Below, one piece after another: positions 7,132-16,316 of a DNA stretch of 64,000 bases. Positions within the stretch are counted from its first letter, which is position 1. Each line of letters opens with the position of its first letter. The stretch covers positions 420 to 64,419 of IMG/VR virus record IMGVR_UViG_3300037465_000347, one strand, 5' to 3'. The translations under genes were made by a program, and so were the position numbers. Source of the DNA: a virus. Under the pieces are notes generated by a model. That model was not told the DNA's origin. It ran no database searches and saw only the letters and a list, made by a program, of their open reading frames with translations.

Positions 7132-7644
7132 TCAAATTAGTGATTTCTTTCGCAATCGTTTACGAAGTGCTGGATCACTACATCCGAGTTTTTTTGAAAC
7201 TGCAAATATGCTATTTTCAGCAATCATTTTTATGAGTGATTGATCATCTGGCCAATTAAATCTATCTTGGGTTGTTCGACAATGATTGCATAGCCCAGAT
7301 ACCGACACTCTACTTCTATAATTTCCACATTTTTTGCAAGTATAATTTCCCGTTCGTTTTCTATTTATCGCATTACCACCAGCATAGTTTTCCGTTTGAG
7401 AGTGACAGTTAGGGCAAAGAAATCTTAAATTCTCTATTCTATGATCTTTGTTATCTCCATTAATGTGATCAACTTGTAATGTAAGAATGTTTCCATTCCA
7501 CTCTGGCCCTAATCCACAGATTGCGCATTTATATGGCAACAGATTGTACTTCAAGATTTTAGTTTTAAGATGTGATCTAGTAAAAGTAGAATTTTTTACT
7601 AATGCTTCCTCAATTGGGATTTCGTGGTCGCCTTTTTTATACAT
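7132..7644 (-). CDS. HNH homing endonuclease
   Basis: CAICG...LQVDHINGDNKDHRIENLRFLCPNCHSQT plus C-terminal HTH. Confidence 0.88.
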   Translation of the reverse strand: MYKKGDHEIPIEEALVKNSTFTRSHLKTKILKYNLLPYKCAICGLGPEWNGNILTLQVDHINGDNKDHRIENLRFLCPNCHSQTENYAGGNAINRKRTGNYTCKKCGNYRSRVSVSGLCNHCRTTQDRFNWPDDQSLIKMIAENSIFAVSKKLGCSDPALRKRLRKKSLI

Positions 7645-7692
7645 GTAACCTCACTTAATCTAACCTTTGTATGCATGTCAATGCATAGTTTT

Positions 7693-8184
7693 ATGAAAGA
7701 ACTTCGTTTGGAAATAGAACTTGTACCACAAACCTCATGGATGAATAATGTCCGTTCTATATTAACTGCTGCACAATGGGATATTCTAAGAAAGCAAGTA
7801 TCTGCTGCTGCTTGGGATACTTGCCAAATTTGTGGTGGAGTAGGCCCAGAACACCCAGTTGAGTGTCATGAGATTTGGGAATATAACGATAAGACCAAGA
7901 TTCAAAAATTAGCCGGAATGATTGCATTATGCCCCAATTGTCATTTGGTCAAACATTTTGGTTTTGCTAGAGTTACAGATAGAGAGGAAATTGCTTTCAA
8001 TCATTTTATGAAAGTCAATAGTCTTAAAAAAATTCAAGCAGAAGCCGAGATTGTTAAAGCATTTGATATTTGGAGAAAACGTAGTGTGATTGATTGGGAA
8101 CTTGATCTATCTGGACTAGAGCGGTACGGAATAGATATTTCTAAAATTCGGAAGCCGCTAATGAAACCTTCGGAGACTGAGTAA
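7693..8184 (+). CDS. HNH-like Zn-binding protein
   Basis: ELVP..NVRS..CQICG..CHEIW..LCPNCHLVKHFG. Confidence 0.7.
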   Translation: MKELRLEIELVPQTSWMNNVRSILTAAQWDILRKQVSAAAWDTCQICGGVGPEHPVECHEIWEYNDKTKIQKLAGMIALCPNCHLVKHFGFARVTDREEIAFNHFMKVNSLKKIQAEAEIVKAFDIWRKRSVIDWELDLSGLERYGIDISKIRKPLMKPSETE

Positions 8185-8206
8185 GAATAACACTTGATAA
8201 GATACT

Positions 8207-8626
8207 ATGATATACTACATTACTAGTGGTGGTAAAATGCCTTCTAATACAGACGAATCTAAAAGATATTGGCTTTTAGAGGATCCTCGTAAAACCGGAC
8301 TTAAGAATGGGTTACGACAATTAACAATTGAACAGTTACAAAGAGTTATCGATTATCAAGGTGAAATGGTTCTGGACAGCTATAATTATGAGGGTGGAAA
8401 ATTTTGTCCTTTAACGATAGCGGTTGAACTAGATAAAACAATAATTAACCCAACACATGAAAAAGTTTTCGATGCCTTGACAAGTATGGGTTATAAAGTT
8501 TACAATACTCGTGGGATTCCAGGCGAGTTTTACACAAATAATAGGCTGGAAGATTTGCTGGAAGCAGCAAAAGAAGTGTTACAGGAGAAAACAAATCAGA
8601 ATGCAAACTGTAAATCAATCAAATAA
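8207..8626 (+). CDS. Hypothetical protein (start may be 8237)
   Basis: ORF track; GGTGGT SD before ATG8237. Confidence 0.6.
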   Translation: MIYYITSGGKMPSNTDESKRYWLLEDPRKTGLKNGLRQLTIEQLQRVIDYQGEMVLDSYNYEGGKFCPLTIAVELDKTIINPTHEKVFDALTSMGYKVYNTRGIPGEFYTNNRLEDLLEAAKEVLQEKTNQNANCKSIK

Positions 8627-9152
8627 TCAGCAGCGTGAATACCGTACTCGTATCAATAAATTCATTCGTGTTCCTCAAATTCGTGTAGTGCTTGCCGATG
8701 GTTCCAATGCCGGCATTATGAATACTTATGAGGCTTTGAAAATGGCACAAGACCAAGGACTTGATTTGGTGGAGATTAGTCCTAAGGCACAACCACCAGT
8801 CTGTAAAATTATGGACTATGGTAAATTTAAGTACGAAGAGAAGAAAAAGCTTCAAGCTGCTAAAAAGAATCAACAGATTCAAGAACTTAAGGAGCTAACT
8901 TTTCGACCCAACACTGATGAGAATGACCTAAAACATAAGCTTTCTCAAGCTAAAGAGTTCTTAGCTGATGGTGACAGGGTTAAATTTGCAGTACGTTTCC
9001 GTGGTCGTGAAATTGTCCATCAGGATATTGGTAAAGAGAAGTTAACTTGGATTCTTCAGGAATTGAATGGTTTAGTATCTCCTAATCCGCAAATTTCTTT
9101 AGAAGGAAAAATTATGTGGATGATTGTTTCTCCTACTAAACAAAAGTCATAA
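8601..9152 (+). CDS. infC: Translation initiation factor IF-3
   Basis: RINKFIRVPQIRVV..DLVEISPKAQPPVCKIMDYGKFKYE..KELTFRP..DRVKFAVRFRGRE. Confidence 0.97.
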   Translation: MQTVNQSNNQQREYRTRINKFIRVPQIRVVLADGSNAGIMNTYEALKMAQDQGLDLVEISPKAQPPVCKIMDYGKFKYEEKKKLQAAKKNQQIQELKELTFRPNTDENDLKHKLSQAKEFLADGDRVKFAVRFRGREIVHQDIGKEKLTWILQELNGLVSPNPQISLEGKIMWMIVSPTKQKS

Positions 9153-9162
9153 TAGTAGGAAT

Positions 9163-9239
9163 GTCCCCGTAGTCTAAAGGATAGGCACCAGTTTCCTAAA
9201 CTGGCATTAATGTTGGTTCGAGTCCAATCGGGGATACCA
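9163..9239 (+). tRNA. tRNA-Arg(CCU)
   Basis: GTCCCCG/CGGGGAT acceptor; CCAGT-TTCCTAA-ACTGG anticodon arm; encoded CCA. Confidence 0.92.
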
Positions 9240-9256
9240 CTGATATATTTGTTGGC

Positions 9257-9721
9257 ATGAGAAACAAGAACTTTTCTTCCGAAGGCCAACGTAATTCCGA
9301 CAATCTAATATCTTTATTGAGACATCGCCTACATGATAATGGTAAGGTTAAATCTAATGATGCTCATGGCAATATTATTTATGTCGATTGTGATGTGTAC
9401 AGTAAATCAATGCTAGAAGCATTCATTGATCTTGCGGTTTCCGAATTCAATGCCACTCCTGAGTTTACTGATTTTACATTAGAAAATAGTAGATTTGTGG
9501 ACTGCTTTGCTGAAGTGATCATAGAGGGCGCCACTCTATATGCCTTATCTTCTAAGGCTTTGATTGAGCGCGGTCGTGAGTTTCAGATTGCAGATGACGG
9601 CGTTAATTTTCAGCCGCCTGCCATATCAGATATGCTTAATACTCAATTTAGTACGCTATTAGCACATCATTGGGATAAGTTGAAGCACATCAAGGCTAGC
9701 ATTAAGTCCTTCAACAAGTAA
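9257..9721 (+). CDS. Hypothetical protein
   Basis: ORF track; GATATATT-N7-ATG. Confidence 0.65.
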   Translation: MRNKNFSSEGQRNSDNLISLLRHRLHDNGKVKSNDAHGNIIYVDCDVYSKSMLEAFIDLAVSEFNATPEFTDFTLENSRFVDCFAEVIIEGATLYALSSKALIERGREFQIADDGVNFQPPAISDMLNTQFSTLLAHHWDKLKHIKASIKSFNK

Positions 9722-9737
9722 TGATATATATTCCGTT

Positions 9738-10475
9738 ATGAAGAACGGAATTATATTGGCCGGCGGCACCGGCTCCCGTTTGATGCCTTTAACCCAAGTT
9801 GTTAATAAACATTTGCTAGGTGTCAACGGAAAATTTATTATTGACTATCCAATGGATACCCTTAAGAAAATGGGTTGCCAGGACGTTACTGTAATTTTGG
9901 GTGGTAATCATTATGCCCAAGTAGCAGGCTATCTCGGTGATGGTAGTCGCTATGGCTTGAATTTAAACTATGTCTATCAGGCTGAGCCAAAGGGAATTGC
10001 CCACGCGATTAATTTGTGCAAAAGATTTGTCTATGATGATTCAGATTTCTCAGTAATTCTCGGTGATAATATTTTCGAAAATGTTCCACGATGGAATAAT
10101 CCAGATTGGAAGACGAATCCTCGTGCTCAAATTTTATTAGCACACCATCAAGATCTGAAACGCTTTGGTGTTTGCTCTGTTGATACAGATGGCAAAATTG
10201 CAAAGATTGAAGAGAAACCAAAAGAGATAGACCCTAATTATAAAAATTTAGCAATGTCGGGTTGCTATCTTTTCACTTCACGATTCTTTGAATATTTTGA
10301 GCAGCTCAAGCCTAGCGCTAGAGGCGAGTACGAGATTACTGATATTGTTCGCCATTATTTAAAAGATGACAATTTATCTTACTCGGTTCTTGACGGCCTA
10401 TGGAGTGATGCTGGGACTCATGAATCTATTGCTTTTGTAAACAACTACTTCTATACTAAATCTCAAAATCATTGA
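9738..10475 (+). CDS. rfbA: Glucose-1-phosphate thymidylyltransferase-like nucleotidyltransferase
   Basis: GIILAGGTGSRLMPLT..QAEPKGIA..LGDNIF..EEKP..SARGEYEITD..WSDAGT. Confidence 0.92.
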   Translation: MKNGIILAGGTGSRLMPLTQVVNKHLLGVNGKFIIDYPMDTLKKMGCQDVTVILGGNHYAQVAGYLGDGSRYGLNLNYVYQAEPKGIAHAINLCKRFVYDDSDFSVILGDNIFENVPRWNNPDWKTNPRAQILLAHHQDLKRFGVCSVDTDGKIAKIEEKPKEIDPNYKNLAMSGCYLFTSRFFEYFEQLKPSARGEYEITDIVRHYLKDDNLSYSVLDGLWSDAGTHESIAFVNNYFYTKSQNH

Positions 10476-10515
10476 TATAGTAGCTTCGTATTAGTAATTA
10501 ACGATTCGAGGCATT

Positions 10516-11373
10516 ATGAAAGTATTGACATTAGGCAACGGGTTCGTAGCCGATCATTTACCGTATGATAGAGTTCTAAAAGGAACTGAACGTGTTGAGC
10601 CATACCGAGAAAATTTAGCATACCTTCTTGGGCGTGATAAACCAGATGTGATTATAAATTGTCTTGGCAAGACTGGCCGACCCAACGTAGACTGGTGCGA
10701 GTCACATAAAACAGAAACTTATATGGCCAATGTAACAATGCCACTTATGATTGCAGAATGGTGTGAAAGTAACAATGTTCATTTGATTAACATTGGCTCT
10801 GGCTGTATCTATTTTGGCCCATCTCCTTACAAAGGTCATACTGGGGGGGCTAAAGATCCTGGTTGGCGAGAGGATGATTTTGCTAAACCAGAATCTTTTT
10901 ATTCTAAAACTAAATATGCTTGTGACATGATGATTGGTTCTCTACCACATGTTACTACATTACGTATCAGAATGCCGGTATCAGATAAATTTGTACCGCG
11001 TAATTTGATTAGTAAGCTTAGGGGATACAAACAAGTAATTGATATCCCAAATTCCATGACGATTATGAGCGACCTAGTTCGTTGTATTGACTGGGCAGCC
11101 ACTAATCAACCTAGTGGTATTTGGCATGTTGCTAACCCACAGCCAATGACGGCAGCCCGCATTATGCAAGAATACCAGAAATACTTTCCAAAACATCAGT
11201 TTGAAATTATCACTGAAGGACAACTGGATCAGTTGACAATTGCTAAGCGCTCAAACTGTATCCTTAACACGGATAAACTTAGGGCAGCTGGATTCAAGAT
11301 GAGTGATTCTGAAGAGGCTCTTGCTAGTTGCATGGCTGAGTACGTTCAAGATATGCGGAGAAACAATGTCTAA
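10516..11373 (+). CDS. NDP-4-keto-6-deoxyglucose 3,5-epimerase/4-reductase-like SDR (NRS/ER, UER1 type; RmlD-related)
   Basis: GNGFV, KTGRPNVDWCESHK, YSKTK (YxxxK), LRIRMP. Confidence 0.82.
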   Translation: MKVLTLGNGFVADHLPYDRVLKGTERVEPYRENLAYLLGRDKPDVIINCLGKTGRPNVDWCESHKTETYMANVTMPLMIAEWCESNNVHLINIGSGCIYFGPSPYKGHTGGAKDPGWREDDFAKPESFYSKTKYACDMMIGSLPHVTTLRIRMPVSDKFVPRNLISKLRGYKQVIDIPNSMTIMSDLVRCIDWAATNQPSGIWHVANPQPMTAARIMQEYQKYFPKHQFEIITEGQLDQLTIAKRSNCILNTDKLRAAGFKMSDSEEALASCMAEYVQDMRRNNV

Positions 11374-11560
11374 TAAGAATGTTACGATTGATTTAAAAGC
11401 TAGAAAAGATAAAGACGGCATGATCTTCTATGTTGGCAAGATCAAGGCTCCAGTTTTAATTGACTGCTCCCAAGGCGCCGTGTTTTTAGTTTTCGTTTCA
11501 GATCATGGTGATGAACAATTACAAATTGCGTTAATGGATAATAAAGAATTGGATGATTAA
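11366..11560 (+). CDS. Hypothetical protein
   Basis: ORF track 11303..11560; GGAG SD before ATG11366. Confidence 0.6.
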   Translation: MSNKNVTIDLKARKDKDGMIFYVGKIKAPVLIDCSQGAVFLVFVSDHGDEQLQIALMDNKELDD

Positions 11561-11859
11561 TGCCCAACCATTTTGAAATCCTATGGGAAAAATGTGAAAA
11601 CTTTCAGAAAGAAGCTAATGCTGGAGCTAGCGTTCAACAAGTTATTGAAGAGCTAGTGATGAAGATTAGTTTGTATAAAGCAATTGATACTAAAACAGAG
11701 ATTCCAGAGGAAGATCGACAAAAAGTAAAATCTCGCACATTAGGCGAGATTTTATTGACACTAACAGCATTATCCCTCAAAGATAATATCAATGTTTATG
11801 ATGCTTTAAACATAGCGCTTCAATATAGAAGTATTGATCATTACGTTAGAAAAACTTAA
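11560..11859 (+). CDS. MazG-like all-alpha NTP pyrophosphohydrolase fold, degenerate
   Basis: IEEL...LGEILLTLTALSLKDNINVYDAL resembles the MazG ELGDLL..L..LA...ID..AL pattern. Confidence 0.45.
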   Translation: MPNHFEILWEKCENFQKEANAGASVQQVIEELVMKISLYKAIDTKTEIPEEDRQKVKSRTLGEILLTLTALSLKDNINVYDALNIALQYRSIDHYVRKT

Positions 11860-12224
11860 ACTCTTTCAATGTAAAAATTACCCATTGGCATTCCTGGTAG
11901 CCCTTCTTTTTGCAAAGCAACAACGGCTTCATAGATTTTATCTTCTAATGCTTTAGGATTAGCAATATTTTGTTGTGAAGAATACATTACTTTGAATGCC
12001 GCTCCGCCTTGTAATTCTGATTGAGAAATTCCAATGCTTGCAATTTGAGAGGCATGTGGTCCTAGCTTATGTCTAATGGCCACAGAAATGTTCTCTTTAA
12101 CCACATGGCGTGGCGCTAAATGTTGAGGTGGTAATTGCTGTTGTGCAAGCTTAGTAATAATCTTTTGTTGGTTTGAAGCAATTTTTAATAGCTTCTCTAA
12201 AATCTTTTTTGAATCCATAAACAA
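11856..12224 (-). CDS. Hypothetical protein with LLKIASNQQKI..KLAQ leader
   Basis: ORF track; GGAG SD; N-terminus shared with the neighbouring gene. Confidence 0.7.
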   Translation of the reverse strand: MFMDSKKILEKLLKIASNQQKIITKLAQQQLPPQHLAPRHVVKENISVAIRHKLGPHASQIASIGISQSELQGGAAFKVMYSSQQNIANPKALEDKIYEAVVALQKEGLPGMPMGNFYIERV

Positions 12225-12247
12225 CTCCTGTATGAGATATAATTTTA

Positions 12248-12592
12248 TTAGTCGGTAAACACAACAAAAATATTAGATAGTTCAGGTTGGTCTGGTTTCT
12301 GTGTAGATACCATAGTCTTAAGCTGTCTAATGAATTTTTCGCGAGTAACATTGTCTTTGGGGGCGCCGGCTACTTTGACAGTGTATCCGCCCATAACTTG
12401 AATGTCAGCGGTTACATCTACCTGAGATGCATTAAATCCGTTATTGGCGGCCGTGATTTGTGCTGCGCTTTTTAAATACACAATATTAGGGTCTTGCTCT
12501 TGAGTAAGGCGTTCCAAAATCTTCTGCTGATTAGAGGCAATCTTTAGAAGCTTGCTAAGAATAATTTTCTCTTTGTTATTCATGTTTTCCAT
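12248..12592 (-). CDS. Hypothetical protein with LLKIASNQQKI..RLTQ leader
   Basis: ORF track; N-terminus shared with the neighbouring gene. Confidence 0.7.
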   Translation of the reverse strand: MENMNNKEKIILSKLLKIASNQQKILERLTQEQDPNIVYLKSAAQITAANNGFNASQVDVTADIQVMGGYTVKVAGAPKDNVTREKFIRQLKTMVSTQKPDQPELSNIFVVFTD

Positions 12593-13028
12593 CCAAACTT
12601 TGTTGTAACAAGTAAACCGCTTCCTCGCGACTACTTGCGGTTGCCATTATCATATCATCCAAACCCAGTGTTAGCTTGCCCTCTTCTTCAAAGCAGTTAT
12701 AAGCATCTTTGGAGAACTTTAGAAAATCCTTTTCTGCCAGCAAGGACATCTGAACTGGTGACCCTTCTAGATTTTTATACTTTAGTAATACCTTGTGTAG
12801 CAATTCAGTCTGGAGATCATAATTAAGGCACTGGTCTCCAAAAACACCAATGAATTTTTCCGCTGCTAAATCAAGGTTTTCTAATGTAGACTTATACAGC
12901 CTTTCAAAAAGCAAATGATCACCATAGAATGACACACCTTTGATAGTCCAATGATTATGTTGGTGAATTAGGGACAATGCTTTGAGAGTTGCCACATACA
13001 AAGCCCCGACTTTACTGCATTTATCCAT
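12576..13028 (-). CDS. dps: Dps/ferritin-like protein
   Basis: HQHNHWTIKG..FYGDHLLFERLY..LDLAAEK ferroxidase pattern. Confidence 0.8.
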   Translation of the reverse strand: MDKCSKVGALYVATLKALSLIHQHNHWTIKGVSFYGDHLLFERLYKSTLENLDLAAEKFIGVFGDQCLNYDLQTELLHKVLLKYKNLEGSPVQMSLLAEKDFLKFSKDAYNCFEEEGKLTLGLDDMIMATASSREEAVYLLQQSLDGKHE

Positions 13029-13206
13029 GAGCTGGTCCTAGAAGTTACGGATTAATATGGAACCGCACAAAGATATGCTTTTATTGGTAGCTTCCTCTAA
13101 AATAGTATTTTTTTCAAAAGTATATCAATTTTGAACTAGATCTCGACAACGATGAGGGGGATCTATAGGGGGAGTATAATGTTATATATGATCCTAGGAT
13201 TTTTAG

Positions 13207-13557
13207 ATGAAAAAACAGAAAACAATCGTACCTTTTTACTTCAAGGACATGACTCACCAACAAATGGTTGATCATCTTAACGAGAATTATCCCATTAGTC
13301 TTAAACATAATGAAGACATAATTAATAGAATACATGCCAGATACCCAGTACTAGATAAGTCTGAGGTAGGAATCATAGTGAAAGCGGTTTTTGCTAGCTT
13401 TCGCGACCTGTTAATCCTGGGAAAAATTATGAATTTCAATAGTTTATTTTTTGACACAAAATTGCATTTCTTTGATTACCGCCGAGCCGGCCGTATATTA
13501 CCATCCTTGAAAGTTCGCATGTCTACGCCACCTAAGCTGAGGAAACATGACAAATAA
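13207..13557 (+). CDS. IHF/HU-like DNA-binding protein, divergent
   Basis: IINRIHARYPVLDKSEVGIIVKAVFASFRDLLILGKIMNF aligns with the IHF-beta helical body. Confidence 0.55.
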   Translation: MKKQKTIVPFYFKDMTHQQMVDHLNENYPISLKHNEDIINRIHARYPVLDKSEVGIIVKAVFASFRDLLILGKIMNFNSLFFDTKLHFFDYRRAGRILPSLKVRMSTPPKLRKHDK

Positions 13558-13891
13558 AGAATTCGAAGATTTTTTGATTGATGACGATTCGGATGAAGAG
13601 ATTGAGGAGGTTAAATTAGATATTGACCAAATCAAAGCAACTTTATCAGATTATTCAAATCAGAAACTTTGTGAAATGATTGTTTGTGATAGATATTTTG
13701 GTCTGGAAAAGAAAGTATCAACTATTTGTATGGAAGAGTTAGCTAGACGACGTCTAGCCGGAGATCCTTTTAAATATGAGGATCATATTGCAGAAATAAC
13801 TAAAGAAATGCCAGAGCTAGGTTTATCTGCCACTCCAGACATAAGAACTGTTCTTAATCAAGCCATTAGTAGAAAGATTAATGCTCAATGA
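13547..13891 (+). CDS. Hypothetical protein
   Basis: ORF track; GAGG SD. Confidence 0.7.
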   Translation: MTNKEFEDFLIDDDSDEEIEEVKLDIDQIKATLSDYSNQKLCEMIVCDRYFGLEKKVSTICMEELARRRLAGDPFKYEDHIAEITKEMPELGLSATPDIRTVLNQAISRKINAQ

Positions 13892-14436
13892 ATCGTAATT
13901 TAACCGAGCAAATAGCTTTGCATGTTTTAGCTAATTTAGGGGTTGTATCTGCCAACTTTGTAAACAAAGAGGCAACACAATCAATCATAAATAAATCATA
14001 CTTGTTGCCTGAGAAAATCTCTTTTGAAGATAATGGGCAAATAGTTCGTAAAAACATTTACGGGTGCCAGGTATCCATAGCTGATTCTAAAGAGTTGCGA
14101 TTATTATTGGCAGATTGTACACAAGATAAAGAGTTTCCGGAATTTGCACTGTTAGTACAGCTAAAAGATGCTCCTGCTTTCGGCATATATATGATCATTT
14201 CTAATGATCAAATGGATTCTGAAGTTTTAATTGCTGTCAGTGCCGATAAACAAAATTGGATGCCATGCAGTGTATATTTACAAGCTACATTTTTAGCAGG
14301 CATGGAACAATTAAGAGATGTTGGTTTTGGTTGGACTAAAGCGACAAACTATTCGGAACATCATCAGCAGTTACTTTCTTTTATCAAATTCCATCATAAT
14401 ATTTATCAGGAGGCAAATGAGGGGCAAGAAGAGTGA
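13888..14436 (+). CDS. Hypothetical protein
   Basis: ORF track; ATGA overlap. Confidence 0.7.
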   Translation: MNRNLTEQIALHVLANLGVVSANFVNKEATQSIINKSYLLPEKISFEDNGQIVRKNIYGCQVSIADSKELRLLLADCTQDKEFPEFALLVQLKDAPAFGIYMIISNDQMDSEVLIAVSADKQNWMPCSVYLQATFLAGMEQLRDVGFGWTKATNYSEHHQQLLSFIKFHHNIYQEANEGQEE

Positions 14437-14890
14437 TCAAGCATTCGTTGCCGAATTCATTTCTGAAGCTGTTCAACATGGTATTGAGACTCCAGAGGAA
14501 ATAGTTCGAGATGCGAAGAAAAAGATTGAACAAATTGATGAAGATATTAGGGCTGTTGAAGCTAAAAAGATTCTAAGATCAAAACTTGTAGATGTTATAC
14601 TGACTTTTGAGAAAAAATCAAAAGAGACATCTGAGACGGCAAAGTTTCTTTCGTTTTTTAAATTAGATTATCCTGGTCACTGCAAGCTTATTTGTGAATG
14701 GGTTAAAAACAAACCTATTGATATTGGAGAAAAATTTCAAGTTCTTGGTACTGGAGAAAATGATCCACACATGAGATATTCTATTAAACAACTTTTAGAA
14801 TGTAAAGTTTTAAGTAGGGTTGGTAGTCAAGTTATGCGTGGTGAAAGATATAATGAGTATATGACATTTGTATTACGCGAGGTCAAATGA
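14417..14890 (+). CDS. Hypothetical protein
   Basis: ORF track 14318..14890; AGGAGG SD before ATG14417. Confidence 0.7.
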   Translation: MRGKKSDQAFVAEFISEAVQHGIETPEEIVRDAKKKIEQIDEDIRAVEAKKILRSKLVDVILTFEKKSKETSETAKFLSFFKLDYPGHCKLICEWVKNKPIDIGEKFQVLGTGENDPHMRYSIKQLLECKVLSRVGSQVMRGERYNEYMTFVLREVK

Positions 14891-15252
14891 TTATTCTAGT
14901 ACAGGATAGAAAAGATAATTTACATCTCTCAAATTATACTCCTTATAATGGTCACAAGTATACTCTTTGTAATCTCATTTACTGTTTAAAAGATATTGTT
15001 AATACGATAGCGTTAGACAATACATTCCCTGGTATTTGTCGTACTTGTTATGAAAATTATGAGGCCATGTATCTTGATGATTTAGATTATGATCCACGTA
15101 TTGCTCATAGCTCTTTAAACAAAAATTTAATCTATAAGTACACTGATACTTCTAAGCAGTATTCAAGCCTTGATGTAAAACACTGGGATGCAGTTAATAA
15201 AAATTGGGGAACATTACGTAAGTTACAGCGTAAAGTGACTGTGAGGAAATAA
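14887..15252 (+). CDS. Hypothetical protein
   Basis: ORF track; GAGG SD. Confidence 0.6.
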   Translation: MIILVQDRKDNLHLSNYTPYNGHKYTLCNLIYCLKDIVNTIALDNTFPGICRTCYENYEAMYLDDLDYDPRIAHSSLNKNLIYKYTDTSKQYSSLDVKHWDAVNKNWGTLRKLQRKVTVRK

Positions 15253-15578
15253 TGCCTTTAAGTATAAGCAAAAGAGATTTGTGGCATTATGTAAATCGAA
15301 AAATCAAGCGTTTAATTCATCACTATCATGTCTTCAGTGTTATTAGTCTTTTGTTTGAAGAGATGCTTAGAGATTTAAAAGCCGGTAAAGAAATTAAGAT
15401 TGTCAATCTTGGAACTTTAGTACTCAAAGATACGACTCCACGCAAATATCATGATGTAAGGTTTCACCGTGTAATGGAGTCTCCTGGTCACCGTGTCATG
15501 AGATTATTTTTAGCCAAACCTATTCGTAAAAAATTATGTGAATCCCTAGATCTTGACAAGAAAATGAAGGGTAATTAA
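15252..15578 (+). CDS. HU/IHF-family DNA-binding protein
   Basis: ISKRDL..LFEEMLRDLKAGKEIKIVNLGTLVLKDTTPRKYHDVR. Confidence 0.75.
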   Translation: MPLSISKRDLWHYVNRKIKRLIHHYHVFSVISLLFEEMLRDLKAGKEIKIVNLGTLVLKDTTPRKYHDVRFHRVMESPGHRVMRLFLAKPIRKKLCESLDLDKKMKGN

Positions 15579-15579
15579 A

Positions 15580-15966
15580 ATGAGAAAAAGAGGACCGCGT
15601 CCAGTGGTGTTCGTTTGTGTAGGGATAGATCCAAATAAGCCAGGCGACCCAATATCAAAACAAATTACGGCTGCTTCTCAGAATGAAGCGGCTTCTTTGT
15701 TTTTTGAGATGACGAAGGTGAAAGCTAAAAATATTCATGGCCCATATAGACCTAAAAGGGCTCAAGTTTTAGAGAACACTCGTAACATGAGATTTGGTGA
15801 ACAATCTAAAAAAGCAATTTATAATGATTGGGAAGTTACTGCCTTTTATCTAAAAGAACCTGAGAACCATGCATATTTAGTCTTTCAGAGAAGAGTTGAT
15901 GGTCAAAAGCTAGCAGCCCCCAAAGGCACTGTCATTGTGCCCATTTCCGATTTGAGGTTATCATAA
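15580..15966 (+). CDS. Hypothetical protein
   Basis: ORF track. Confidence 0.65.
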   Translation: MRKRGPRPVVFVCVGIDPNKPGDPISKQITAASQNEAASLFFEMTKVKAKNIHGPYRPKRAQVLENTRNMRFGEQSKKAIYNDWEVTAFYLKEPENHAYLVFQRRVDGQKLAAPKGTVIVPISDLRLS

Positions 15967-16316
15967 TGAATAAAACCTTTCTTAAAAAGATAAAGGCTTT
16001 GTTATTAGAGCAAAAGACAGAGCTGATTAAATCTACAAAACAAGATTTAGCTGTAGATACCGATGGCGATGAGACTGATGAAATTCAAGCCAACCAATTG
16101 ATTGAATTGAATAACCAGTTAATAGTACGCTCATCTGCTAAAATGTCTCAGATTGATGCGGCTCTTAAACGTATTGAAGATGGTACGTATGGACTATGTC
16201 AAGATTGCGAAGAATCTATCCCCGAAAAAAGACTACTAAGTAATCCGTATTTTCAAACTTGTGTATCATGTGCTGAAGAGCGTGAAGCAGAAGAAAAACA
16301 AAGAAAGAGGTTTTGA
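15966..16316 (+). CDS. dksA: DksA/TraR C4 zinc-finger protein
   Basis: GDETD coiled-coil tip; IDAALKRIEDGTYGLCQDCEESIPEKRL..P...TCVSC. Confidence 0.92.
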   Translation: MNKTFLKKIKALLLEQKTELIKSTKQDLAVDTDGDETDEIQANQLIELNNQLIVRSSAKMSQIDAALKRIEDGTYGLCQDCEESIPEKRLLSNPYFQTCVSCAEEREAEEKQRKRF

